Assembly (NCBI GenBank): GCA_951406725.2
Contig: OX597835.1
Location: forward strand, 21,018,001 to 21,082,000
DNA: 64,000 bases
Source of the DNA: Octopus vulgaris
Taxonomy: Eukaryota
Direction: 5' to 3'
The notes beneath the pieces are model-generated. The model ran no database searches and was not told where the DNA came from. It worked only from the letters and a program-made list of their open reading frames with translations. Position numbers and translations under genes: made by a program. The first letter of the stretch is position 1. Each line of letters opens with the position of its first letter. Shown here in pieces: positions 1 through 12,496 of the stretch.

Positions 1-689
1 TTTGGTAGGACTCTGAAACTAGGGAGAAGGAAAGTATTTATTCCCATTTGAGAAAACATGATCCAAGTGCTTCCTCTATGTACACAGGTAAATTTAACCA
101 AAGCACAGAGGGAAGGAAGAATTCCAACCACACTTTGTGATTCGCTGTCTCACCAGTTCCTTTATAGGATTCAGTGGTTAAGGACATCATCAGGAGGAAC
201 CACGTCCTGTTTTGGCCCCTGCTTCTCTACCGTTTTCGACATGGCTGGACCCTTCCCTTTAGGAAGTGTTTTCACCTCGGGTGTTGAATGCGTTTTTTTT
301 TGTTGTTAATTTCTTGGCGTTTTGTTACTTGGTTTCTTCGATGCAGCGTCGTCAACGAATGTCAGGGGGGAATGACCACCCTGCCAAATATCCCTCTAAA
401 TACTTTATGGTAGGCTCCAACAGTCAGCGCCAACTAAGTATCACGTAACACAATCAACTGACTAATGGAGGGAAAGGGCGCAAGGATTTGGCATGCGCCT
501 TCTCTCGACCTATCTTCCAACAGGGTCATGTTGGTTTCAGTTTGACTCATATCCATGACTCAAAATAACAAAAAAGAATAGTAATAAACGAGTGAAAAAA
601 TATATAGTGCGTGTGCTTATTTGGCATACAAATACAATATATATATAAATATATATTAAATCATATATATACATATATGCATATATGGG

Positions 690-1050
690 TCAAGACGCTA
701 TCAACTGTGAAAACAACATGAAATAGGTAAACAACGAGATACAAAATGGAAAGCAGGACAAGAAAACAGAGAAACGACCCTTCATCAGTTGTCGGCTGTC
801 TATCTACTCCTCATTTCGAGCATTCAAAAACAATATGAACCTTCAAAACAGTAGCTCCCATAAATTCTAAAATAAGATTTAGGATTTCTGGAGGGTCAAA
901 ACAGGACAGTCTAGACATACAAGGAAACCGAACGAAAACAAATATGGAGTGTCGTCAGACGAGAACGAGAGGGAAAAACTGAACGGTGGGAGAAAATTGT
1001 TTACTTGAAAAGAGAAAAGATGGGAGAGAAAAATGTCCAGTCCCTTGAAC
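690..1050. repeat. Unclassified repeat fragment, possibly a Penelope-like terminal region
   Basis: Complex sequence between microsatellites; minus strand has CGAAA and CTGATGA motifs but no clean hammerhead fold. Confidence 0.3.
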
Positions 1051-1054
1051 GTCC

Positions 1055-1110
<56 letters not shown>

Positions 1111-1189
1111 GCATGTATGTATGTATGTATGTATGTATGTATGCATATGTATGTATGTGCTAGCTGAGTGCATTACACTGATGAAGGCA

Positions 1190-2040
1190 AAGCATTTCTT
1201 ATGCAAATCTAGAAATCCGGGATTTGGAATTATCCAGTAATTTTTCGCTAGTTTATTTTGTCTCTTCATCTTCTCACCTGATGCCGTATGAACATTTTAT
1301 GTTTTTACCTGTAGTCTTCGAAACACCGTTCACATCTCTGGATTTGAGAAGCCTAATTTTTCAAGGTTGGTATTTTGGCTGTATGTTACATATCCCAGTG
1401 CCCCAATAATTACAGGTAAAAACCTTAACTTGTAATCTGGATAGAGTAGCTTCAAATTTCTCAACAGATTGACGATGGTATTTCCTTTTTCGCTGATCTT
1501 CAGCTTTATGCTAACATCCGCTGGGCAGCTGATTTCCACTACTGTACACAGGTTCTCTTCTATATCTTAAATCACTACGCCAAGTCTATTATGTTTACAT
1601 TTTATTGAGATTTTCACTGGGACATTCCATCAGTACTCCTTTTTATTATGAGTAGCTATATCTTCCACCATACTGTGGGTCCTTATTTCGTTGTCCTCGC
1701 GGTTATCCTTCCGACGTATCTCGTTATACAGTGCCCTAAATACAACATCATGTCTCCTCAGTAGATAATACCGTGATGTCATTTCCGGACAACTGCTTAT
1801 GTGCTTATGATGTAGGTGATAGCTTCGGTGTTAACTCCACAAAATCTTGATCGGTTGTCATATTTTGCTGCTTTTCCTTCCTGGATTGCAAACGCATACC
1901 CTTCAAAGTGGGAGGTAGCAAACCAGTTGAAGGTCCACGATAGACTGCTTTGATGATCTTTGTCACTATCATCTCGGAGCTTTCTACTAATACATGCATG
2001 CATGGTCTTCTGCTCATCCTTCATCTGATGATATGCTGAG
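1190..2040 (-). mobile_element. Decayed 3' part of a restriction-like-endonuclease non-LTR retrotransposon (R4/Dong-like)
   Basis: Minus-strand pieces read TSHFEGYAFAIQE, (C)RFCGVNTEAITYIIS (zinc knuckle), an RHD motif, then VEISCPADVSI..K..EK and PVIIGALG, typical of the PD-(D/E)xK endonuclease end. Frameshifted; cut by a SINE at 2048. Confidence 0.8.
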
Positions 2041-2047
2041 GTAGAAA

Positions 2048-2422
2048 GGCGGCGAGCTGGCAGAATCGTTAGCACGTCGGGCGAAATGCTCAGCACTATT
2101 TTGGCTGCCGTTACGTTGTGAGTTCAAATTCCGCCGAGGTCGACTTTGCCTTTCATCATTTCGGGGTCGATAAATTAAGGACCAGTTACGCACTGGGGTC
2201 AATGTAATCGACTTAATCCGTTTGTCTGTCCTTATTTTTCCCCTCTATGTTTAGCCTCTTGTGGGTAATAAAGAAATAGGTATTTCGTCTGTCTTTACGT
2301 TCTGAGTTCAAATTCCGCCGAGGTCGTCTTTGCCTTTCATCCTTTCGGGGTTGATAAATTAAGGACCAGTTACGCACTGGGGTCGATGTAATCGACTTAA
2401 TCAGTTACGCACTGGGGTCGAT
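2048..2422 (+). mobile_element. SINE family A (tRNA-like head, Deu/Nin-like central domain), about 1.6 tandem units
   Basis: GGCGGCGAGCTGGCAGAA A-box, GAGTTCAAATTCC B-box, core GCCTTTCATCCTTTCGGGGTCGATAAATTAAG; a second unit starts after AAAGAAATA at GGTATTTCGTCTG. Confidence 0.9.
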
Positions 2423-3044
2423 GAATATATAGTGCGTGATTTTATTTGGCAAAAACAAAAAAACTGACCGTCCCGAAATATAACAATTTATAATTATATT
2501 TTTGTTATTGGGAGATATTTTTGTTTTTGTGATTACAGTTTTTCTCGGCGGATCAGCTGGCAAACTCACTGCTGTGTAACGTCTTAGACAGTCGCTAGGT
2601 TACTATAGTTGCGTGTGCGAGACCCTTTAACGAAATATTTGCTTTTTTTTCCCCCTCACAAATTATTATTTGGTGTAACATCATGATCTAAACGAACGGC
2701 TACAGTCTCCCCATCGTCTCCCTCAGCAGCAATTATCATCGTTTTTTGTTCATGATGGTCATGAAGGATCAATGATGATTAACGAAGATGATAAAAATAC
2801 GATAAAAATAGCCTGACATAATGAAATAAATAAATAAATAAATAAATAAAATGATTGATTGAACAAAAACTAATAGAAATATTATTGGCTAAATGATAAT
2901 CAATATAGTATTTTTATGTTAGGGAAATTCCCTGCATTTGATATTAGGTTAATGTATTAACAATGATACATCTCATGCCATTACTGCGAAGAAATACTGG
3001 TAGACACAGAAGCTATTGTCATAATATTCACGTATTATTATAAT

Positions 3045-3290
3045 CTTTTATCTTTTATTTGTTGCAGCCATTAGACTACGGCCTCGCTGGGGTACGCTTC
3101 AGAAGAATATTTAATCGAATGAATCGCTCCCATTAGTCATTTTTTTTAAAGCCTGATTAATAGTCAAACCGGTCTCTTTGACCGAATCACTAATTACGTG
3201 GAAGTAAGCACGCCAACACCGGTTATCGAGCGACGGTAGGGGACAAATAGAAACAAACGCACACCAAACATGCACACACTCACAAACACA
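3045..3290 (-). mobile_element. Degenerate SINE family B, 3' half
   Basis: Diverged match to the tail of the copy at 60146-60576. Confidence 0.6.
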
Positions 3291-3323
3291 CAGATTATAT
3301 ACATATATATATATTTATATATA

Positions 3324-3395
<72 letters not shown>

Positions 3396-3615
3396 TGTAT
3401 GCATGTATGTGTGTATGTATGTATATACAGCTAATTATTTGGATTATGGCTATATGTCTAGTAGTATGCCATTCAGAGTACGTTCACCGTTTAGACTACC
3501 TGGTGTCCCCTATAGTTACGATATAATTGTCACTGGATCTACGTCAAGAATTCTGCAGTGTTCGTTGAGTTTATAATGAGTAACGGGAACGGAAATGGAT
3601 TTAGCAAGAATCTGA

Positions 3616-3735
3616 ATTCAACACAACGATCGTTTCGACCCATTTTGTATTGACGGATGTTACACACCTAACTGTACAGTATCCCAGCTGTAAAGGACAA
3701 ATGCCGGATAGGTCGAAACGATCGTCGTGTTGAAT
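3616..3735. repeat. 25-bp inverted repeat made of two hammerhead 3' halves (GGTC GAAA CGATCG TC GTGTTGAAT)
   Basis: 3616-3640 is the reverse complement of 3711-3735 with 1 mismatch; palindromic ACGATCGT follows GAA. Confidence 0.7.
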
Positions 3736-4010
3736 AAAGGTTCTCGTTAAATCAATTTTCCAGCGACCATTCCTAAAGCCAAAATTCGTAAAGAAGTGCA
3801 ATAATTTCCGACGAACTTTTATGCAGTCATTTTACTCCGTCTCTGAGTAGAGGCATCAGCACCATGATACATCGCATCACCAACATGATACATGTTGCGA
3901 CGTCGCAACATACACCAAACGTTTGTCTAACCCTTTTATATTTATTATAAAATGTAACTCGCAAACCTGGGGTCTCTCAAAGTGTGTTTTCGTAAAGTGA
4001 GGTATTACTG

Positions 4011-4047
<37 letters not shown>

Positions 4048-4066
4048 ATGTGTGTGTGTGTGTGTG

Positions 4067-4230
4067 TATACGACCGGCCTCTTTCAGTTTCCGTCTGCCA
4101 AATCGACTCATAAAGGATTTCGTCAACTTGAGGCTAAAATAGACACGTGCCTAAAGTACCAACCCGTGGGAAAAAAAACCCAGAACCATATGGTTGGGAA
4201 GAGGCAAGCTTCTTATCACTGAACCATGCC
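4067..4230 (-). mobile_element. Degenerate SINE family B, 5' part
   Basis: CTTTCAGTTTCCGTCTGCCAAATC...CCATATGGTTGGG matches family B. Confidence 0.65.
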
Positions 4231-4539
4231 AGAATCTTTGCCGCCGAGTGAAATGACAACAGGATGAAAGGCAAAGTTAGTCGCTTCTTTACATCATGAT
4301 GTAAGACCAAATACCAATTTGTGAGAATAGAACAAAGAAGGAAAATAAGAACAAACGAAACATTCATTCCTGCACACACATAAACAGACCCACAGACACA
4401 TACACACACATTGTTAGCGTACATATTTGCGATTTGTTTGGTTTATACATATTAAACTAAATTTCTAAATTCTCCAAATGCTGCATTGTATATTACCAGA
4501 ACAATGCGTTTGCCAGTATCCCATACAATTGCAATGGCC

Positions 4540-4965
4540 ATGCTATTAATAACTTTAGAAAATAGTTGAAATCAGCCTTTAGTTCTTTACGCTTAGAATT
4601 TCTATTAAGACGAACGTAAGATCGACTTTGTAGATGTTTCCTTAGACCTCAAACCTAATTCCTATAAATCCTTCCATAAGCCTAACGAAACTCTGTAATA
4701 TATTAAGAACTTCTCCCACCCATCTTTTGCATTTAGGAACATAATTCTCAACATTAACCGTAAGTTACATGTCTTTATTCATCTAGAGAAATATTTCAAA
4801 AGTATTTCCATATTAGAGTAAGGCTCTATATGATAACGGATTCACTGATAAAGTCATTTATAATCCTCTACCTGTTCAACATCAGGTCGTAAAAATAGTT
4901 CCTGTAATATTCAATGATTCACCCTAACATTCTCCATTGATGTTAGGACAAATTTAGGGGCAACG
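4540..4965 (+). pseudogene. Penelope-like element reverse transcriptase fragment
   Basis: Translates to IDFVDVSLDLKPNSYKSFHKPNETL*YIKNFSHH, NINRKL..SSREIF, SKALYDNGFTDK and FTLTFSIDVRTNLG, matching Penelope RT thumb motifs (FLDxxLxL..YKPxxKPN; WFNPPFSxxVxTNIG). Stops and frameshifts present. Confidence 0.75.
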
Positions 4966-5061
4966 CTATAAGAATCACTATACTGCCAATTATAGATAGT
5001 GAAATATATTTTATAGACACGAGTAAATTCACATACTCATGCCAAACTAATGTTAAGACAT

Positions 5062-5561
5062 TTTTTCTCTCTAGTTTCAGCTCAGAGCTGCGGCAATGCT
5101 GATGCACCGCCGTTTTGCTACACTGTTATTACTGAGAGCGTTCTCTAATATGTGGCACTTGGTGAAGAATGGTGTTTGATGTAGCTACCCTCATTTTCAC
5201 CTCTTGCCGTGAGGTAGGTTCATCTGGGACTCGACAGGAAGAGGTCCAGCTTTGATTTAAAAACCCCTATATCTACTTTGAGCAAGTTTTTCAGCCTCTT
5301 TAGGAGAATATTAAAAAGCTGTGGGCCCCTGAAACCCAGGCTGTTTCAGTAACTGGTCCTGAAGCGTGATGGCATTGCTAGGATCCTTGGCACTATGCAG
5401 TATCGTCCCGTTCTGGCATTGGTGTAGCTTTCAATGCCAAAATTTGGCATAATTCCTTCTAGGATCTTCCAGATATATATTACTGCATACCTCTCCCGTC
5501 TTCTCTCCAGGGAGTAGAGTATTAGCTGCTTCAATCTTTCCCAGTAGTTGAGCTGTTTCAA
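5062..5561 (-). mobile_element. 5'-truncated CR1/L2-group LINE 3' end (RT C-terminus plus 3' UTR)
   Basis: ORF 5346-5561 LNYWERLKQLILYSLERRRERYAVIYIWKIL continues past a stop as NSLGFRGPQLFNIL...FKSKLDLFLS; ends with stem-loop CAGCTCTGAGCTGAAAC. Confidence 0.85.
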
Positions 5562-5730
5562 TAAACAACCTGTCCTGATTAAAATCTGTCCTGGACGGAC
5601 ATTTGAACTCTGAATGTAATGACAAACGAAACGCCGCTCAGTATTTTGTCTGGTGCGCTAACGGTACTGCCAGCTCGTCGCCTTAAATGCCTTAATAATC
5701 ATAGAACTTTGCTTAATCAATAATTCTAGA

Positions 5731-6075
5731 AATGAGGGTAGCTACATCAAACGCCATTCTTCACCAAGTGCCACATATTAGAGAATGCTCTCAGTAATAA
5801 CAGTGTAGCAAAACGGTGGTGAATCAGCATGGCCGCAGCTCTGAGCTGAAACTAGAGAGAAAAAAAAGCCTTTACATTAGTTTGGCATGAGGATGTGAAT
5901 TTACTCGTGTCTATAAAATATCTTTCACTATCTATGATTGGCGGTATAGTGATTCTTATAACGTTGCCCCTAAATTTGTCCTAACATCAATGGAGAATGT
6001 TAGGGTGAATCATTGAATATTACAGGAACTAATTTTACCACCTGATGTTGAACAGGTAGAGGTTTATAAATGATG
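5731..6075. repeat. About 340-bp inverted duplication of 4855-5196
   Basis: Base-by-base reverse complement with scattered substitutions; spans the LINE tail / Penelope RT junction. Confidence 0.9.
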
Positions 6076-6214
6076 AACCTTAGCCATTTTCGGGGCTGTT
6101 TCGGGAGATGCTGATAAGAAAAAACAGAGTAAGGGATACTTAGGCTCAACTCTTTTAGAAGAGTGGTTACCGTTAAAGGCGTGCAAGAAACAAGTAGGTA
6201 TGTGGGATGGTAAA

Positions 6215-7186
6215 GGCGGCGAGCTGGCAGAAACGTTAGTACGCCGGGCAAAATGCTCAGCGGTATTTCGTCTGTCGCAACGTTCTGATTTCAAATTCCG
6301 CCGAGGTCGACTTTGCCTTTCATCCTTTCGGAGTCGATAAATTAAGTACCAGTTACGCACTGGGGTCGATCTAATCGACTTAATAACTATGTCTGTCCTT
6401 GTTTGTCCCCTCTATGTTTAGCCCCTTGTGGGTAATAAAGAAATAGGTATTTCGTCTGTCGCAACGTTCTGAGTTCAAATTCCGCCGAGGTCGACTTTGC
6501 CTTTCATCCTTTCGGGGTCGATAAATTAAGTACCAGTTACGCACTGGGGTCGATGTAATCGACTTAATACCTATGTCTGTCCTTGTTTGTCCCCTCTATG
6601 TTTAGCCCCTTGTGGGTAATAAAGAAACAGGTATTTCGTCTGTCGCAACGTTCTGAGTTCAAATTCCGCCGAGGTCGACTTTGCCTTTCATCCTTTCGGG
6701 GTCGATAAATTAAGTACCAGTTACGCACTGGAGTCGATGTAATCGACTTAATCCGTTTGTCTGTCCTTGTTTGTCCCCTCTATGTTTAGCCCCTTGTGGG
6801 TAATAAAGAAACAGGTATTTCGTATGTCGCAACGTTCTGAGTTCAAATTCCGCCGAGGTCGACTTTGCCTTTCATCCTTTCGGGGTCGATAAATTAAGTA
6901 CCAGTTACGCACTGGGGTCGATGTAATCGACTTAATACCTATGTCTGTCCTTGTTTGTCCCCTCTATGTTTAGCCCCTTGTGGGTAATAAAGAAACAGGT
7001 ATTTCGTCTGTCGCAACGTTCTGAGTTCAAATTCCGCCGAGGTCGACTTTGCCTTTCATCCTTTCGGGGTCGATAAATTAAGTACCAGTTACGCACTGGG
7101 GTCGATGTAATCGACTTAATCCGTTTGTCTGTCCTTGTTTGTCCCCTCTGTGTTTAGCCCCTTGTGGGCAATAAAGAAATAGGTAT
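6215..7186 (+). mobile_element. SINE family A: one head followed by five tandem 184-bp units
   Basis: Units start GGTATTTCG at 6262, 6446, 6630, 6814 and 6998; flanked by TAGGTATGTG(G/T)GATGG at 6195-6210 and 7180-7195. Confidence 0.95.
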
Positions 7187-7769
7187 GTGTGATGGAATAA
7201 AACTCAAAATTGCTATTTATAAGAAAATGCTGTGCAGCTGGTCAAGCCAAATGAAGTAGAAGACTTTCGGTTAAATTAAACAGCCTTGGAACACAATCCG
7301 GTACAGAATGTATGTGAACCGAGAGCCATAACCACAGAGCCATGCCTGTGGTTATAGCACACTTTTGGGTAGGCTGGGTTAAGGGAGAACCTAAATTAAT
7401 ATGTAAAATGTTAAAAACGAAAATTACATTCATAGAAAAGTTGTGAATTGTAAAGTAGTTTGAACGAAATATTATTTAGATTTTGTAATTCTGTACAGAA
7501 TAAATTGTCTATTTATTATTTTAAACAAACTAGTCGAAAAAATATTTTTATGGAAATAAATTTATCAGATTCGCCTGCTTCCATATTTATTTATTTATTT
7601 ATTCATTTTATTTGTTTATTTGTTTTTATATATATATATTATTTTTTTATCGTCATGAATTTCCATTTATATTTTCTTCATTTAATTTTACCCAACTTAC
7701 CATAATATCATTTGTCTATGTTTGAGGCACCATCAGAAAATATTACCGGAGAAGGGAGAAAATATATTA

Positions 7770-8185
7770 CACACACAAAAACACACACACACACACACAC
7801 ATACACACACGCACACATATACACACACATATATACATACACACTCATATATGTGTTTATGTATATATATATATAAAGTATAAACATATATATATATATA
7901 TATATAAGTATATTTATATATATTTATATACATATATATATATGTATGTATATATGCATGTATATATATATTAATATATATCTTTCTAATTGTGTGTGTG
8001 TGTGTGTGTGTATATGACAGTGCGCTTGTATTTATGTATATACACATATTTGTTTATCAAGATATGCATATATAATCACTCGCTCATTGTTTTCCACTCA
8101 GCATACACATAGATATACATATACACATGAACAGGGTAGGTACAAGTGTGTGTGCATGTGTATATCGAATACGTGTGTCAGTTTC

Positions 8186-8216
<31 letters not shown>

Positions 8217-8607
8217 GTGCCCGCGTGTGTGTATGTTGACATATATACCTTCATAGGTAAAACTCACGAACAAGCACACACATGTATGTATAGATACAAA
8301 CATACATAGACACATAAAACATGCAGGCATACACACCAAAAAACATATATACAAACTTACATACAAATATATATATATATATATATATAAGCAAATATAC
8401 ATACATATATATATACCTATATACATGTATTTGTATGCATGTGAGATTTTATTGTATTTCCTTTTTTTTTTTAAATATATTTCGTTTTCCAACAAACAAT
8501 AGTCGTGCATCAGTTCTTGCTTTATCAATTTTATGTCAAATTACTTCTAGAACAGACTTTACAAGTTTAGAGACATTCCGACAGACGTATAAATGTATGT
8601 ATGTATG

Positions 8608-8646
<39 letters not shown>

Positions 8647-9126
8647 ATATGTCTGTGTGTGTGTATGTATGTAGATATACACATATATATATTTATATAT
8701 ATGTATATATATACATATATATATGTATATATACATATATATGTGTGTATATATATATACATATATATAGACATATATGTGTGTGTATGTGTGTATATGT
8801 TTCTGTGTGTCTGATTGTGCGTATGTGTGCGCGTGTATGTACCTGAGTGTCTGTGTTTGTGTGAGTGGATGTGTGTGATATGTGCGATATCTCTCTGTGT
8901 GTGTGTATGCGTATCAATATCTGTGTATACACATATATCTATCTATATCTATCTATAAAACTCTATCTATCTATCTGTCTGTCTATCTAACTATCTAGCT
9001 CTCTACCTATCTATCCAATTCCCTCTCCCCCTCTCTCTCTAAATATATATATATGTATGTATATGTATACACACACACACATATATATATATATATAATA
9101 CACATTTATACATTGGTAGATGTATG

Positions 9127-9159
<33 letters not shown>

Positions 9160-9340
9160 TTGTGTATGTATGTATGCATGTATGTATATATGCGTGCATG
9201 TATGTGTGTACGTGTGGAAGCATAAATTTGTTGCTATGCATACGTCTGTATTTTTTATGTATGTGTGTGTGCGCGCACGTGTGTTTGTGTGCTTGTGTGT
9301 GTGTGTTCGTGTGTGTTTGTGTGTGTATTTCGCGCGCGAA
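7770..9340. repeat. Compound (CA)n/(TA)n/(TATG)n/(TATC)n microsatellite field
   Basis: Direct inspection. Confidence 0.9.
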
Positions 9341-9869
9341 CACAGATTAAGAGAAAGAGGCAGTCAGAGAGATAATCACACAGAGAGACAGACAGTCGGA
9401 GTGGGAGACACAAAGCGATAGAGGTTTGTAAAGGAAATAGAAAGAATTTCTTTCTAAAGTATTCAGGTAGAATTATTCATGTGTGAAAAGGAAAGAAAAT
9501 ATCGAACTATTTCTGGGGTGTGTGAGTGTGTATGAGAGCGCGTTGGTGTGAACGTTATATCAATATGTGATAGGATATATCGCTATGTGTACATGTATGT
9601 GTTTGAGCGTTTGCTTGTGTATGTGATATATGTATGCGATGGCGTATTTCTTAGTGAACGTACTTGCGTGTGTCCGTTCGCGTGTGTGTGGGAGTTTCTG
9701 CAGAAAACAGAAGAATGGAATGTTGTATTATGTAGTATTTCTTTGTATATAATAAACTTATTTAAATATCAATCGTACAGTCGAAAGCTGTATCTAGGTA
9801 TAAGAAAACAAATGTTATATAGAAAATTACAAGATATAAGTATATATGTATCTACGTATACGTTGATAA

Positions 9870-10102
<233 letters not shown>

Positions 10103-11100
10103 CTGTAATGGTTGTATATGCATATTTCAAGAGTTTTTCGCTTTCATCAGTATCTCATATCGCAAACTACTGAAAGATAGCGAATTAACATTAACATTTG
10201 ATTAGAATTATTCTCTCCTTAGAACACTGCACTACTCCAGGGAGGAGAACACTCCATATTTTCTCAAAAATATTTTCACTATTTCTCCCCAAACAACGTT
10301 TAAGACTTATATTATTTAAGTTGTCTTAACGTAACCTTCCTTTTTCCGTATATATCATTCATTTAATTCTACCAAAAAAAAAAAATGACTTCCCAGCCTC
10401 ATTATAATTCCACCCTATTTAATAGCTTGACCAGAAAATCATTATAGGCTCTGTGTGGGTCGGCCTTTTTCCCCTCCAATATTTGTTTGATAACGTATGC
10501 TGTTGGCAAAAGAGACTGATAGAATAAGAACCAAAAATATGTGCCAGGGTCGATTTCTCCGACTAATACCCTATAAGGTAGTACTCCAGCATTGCCGCAT
10601 TCAAATGACTGAAAGAAGAGAATAAAAGAATCAAAGAATACCCAGAAAGAAATTCTCGTCTGCGGCCAGAGTTAATACGCAAGGTATGAATTGCAATCGT
10701 CAGTTTTGTCATAAATACTATTGACAATAGTTGTATTTGTCTAACAATCTTAACATCTAAACAGTCGTGTAACCATTCCTAGTCACTTCGAGATCTTCCA
10801 GATATATTTTCTCAAGAAGATATTCAAAGTAATTGCTGCTAATATCATTGAGAGTCGTTTGACTAAAGCAATCTTTTTCCTTCTGCTTGAATGGTTTTGA
10901 AAGAAATTCGTTCTATTTTCTTTACAAACCTCCATCAATATGTGTCTCTCTGTTTTATGATTTCCCTGTCTTCTTCAGTTAATCCGTGTGCACACACATA
11001 CGCACACACGACCAGACATACACACATACATGCAGACTTGCACGCAAATATATAAACAAACGCAGACGTATGCATAGCAACAAATACATGCTCGCGCACG

Positions 11101-11166
<66 letters not shown>

Positions 11167-11189
11167 CATACATACATACTTAGAGATAT

Positions 11190-11593
11190 CTCTTTTACTC
11201 TTTTTACTTGTTTCAGTCATTTGACTGCGGCCATGCTGGAGCACCGCCTTTTAGTCGAGCAACTCGACCCCAGGACTTATTCTTTGTAAGCCTAATACTT
11301 ATACTATCGGTCTCTTTTGCCGAACCGCTAAGTTATGGGGACGTAAACACACCAGCATCTGTTGTCAAGCGATGTTGGGGAGACAAACACAGACACACAA
11401 ACACACACACACATATATATACATATATATACGACAGGCTTCTCTCAGTTTTCGTCTACCAAATCCACTCACAAGCCTTTGGTCGACCCGAGGCTATAGT
11501 AGAAGACAATTTCCCAAGGTGCCACGCAGTGGGACTGAACCCGGAACCGCGTGGTTGGTAAGCAAGCTACTTACCACACAGCCACTCCTGCGC
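11190..11593 (-). mobile_element. SINE family B, full length
   Basis: tRNA-like head GCGCAGGAGTGGCTGTGTGGTAAG...GGTTCAGTCCC, CCTTGGG(C/A)AA core, internal (TA/TG)n, tail CAGCATGGCCGCAGTCAAATGACTGAAAC(AAGAGTA)n. Confidence 0.9.
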
Positions 11594-11647
11594 ATATATA
11601 TGTATATTTTATATATAAGTGTGCGTGTATGTATGTATGTATGTATG

Positions 11648-11707
<60 letters not shown>

Positions 11708-11711
<4 letters not shown>

Positions 11712-11837
11712 CGCATATTTGCCATTTGAATATGGCTAACTGTAGTTTGTAGCCCCAGGAAGATATCTCCTCCCGCTGGCTATAGACACACTATCTGTGC
11801 CCTATCAGTATTTGTGAAGGGAAGTCATCCTTCCCGT

Positions 11838-11840
<3 letters not shown>
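11708..11840 (-). mobile_element. Truncated fragment of the 353-bp retrozyme-like family (stops just before the hammerhead)
   Basis: GCCATTTGAATATGGCTAAC...AGACACACTATCTGTG...GTCATCCTTCCCGTCTT aligns with 17198-17350; flanked by (TA)n. Confidence 0.85.
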
Positions 11841-11884
<44 letters not shown>

Positions 11885-11888
<4 letters not shown>

Positions 11889-12136
11889 TCGTGATCATCG
11901 TGACCAACCAGGCTATCCGATGTTGCTACACATCGCTGGTCACAATCCGCTTCTCATTGTTTTAGCCTTCAAATGACGCCTCCGCGCTGGCCAAGCGAAC
12001 AGTCCAACAGAAGAGCCTCTTGGAGCTTTAGGTGTTTTCGCTCAATAGACATTCACAACGCTCGATCTGGGAATCGAAACCGCGATCCTACAACAGCGAG
12101 TCTGCTGCGCTAACCACTGGACCATTGCGCCTCCAC
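11885..12136 (-). mobile_element. SINE family C' (tRNA-Arg-like head, alternative tail)
   Basis: Head TGGAGGCGCAATGGTCCAGTGGTTAG...GGTTTCGATTCCC; same tail as 48295-48608. Confidence 0.85.
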
Positions 12137-12496
12137 ACACACACACAGACTCATACATATATATATATATATATACATATATACATCATCATTGACTGAG
12201 ACACTTCAGTAGAGCAGTCTTTTTTGTTCGGTATAGATAATTAAAGTAAGGAAATTCACATCAAGACAAATATAAAACTGTTAATAAGGGGTTACAATTA
12301 AACCCTAATGGGATACCATTTATATGGCTAAATACCTTTTCAGCTAATGTAATATATTCCTCGTTAGCGATATAGTTGACCACGTCCTTTAGTTTAATTT
12401 TACTAAAATTCATTTAACTACCATCTCTAAACTTATATAAAAAAACATGCGTCACAGTTTTTGATGAAAATATGCTTATAGCCGTTATTGAACAGT

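Noticed and set aside
1-560. Possible LINE ORF1 or 5' region on the minus strand
   Set aside because: Only short open stretches and no diagnostic motif; truncated by the window edge.
770-860. Type II/III hammerhead (CGAAA ... CTGATGA on the minus strand; similar motif near 49530)
   Set aside because: Stems II and III could not be formed around the motifs.
6262-7186. CRISPR-like array
   Set aside because: Contiguous near-identical 184-bp SINE units with no unique spacers, in eukaryotic DNA with no cas genes.
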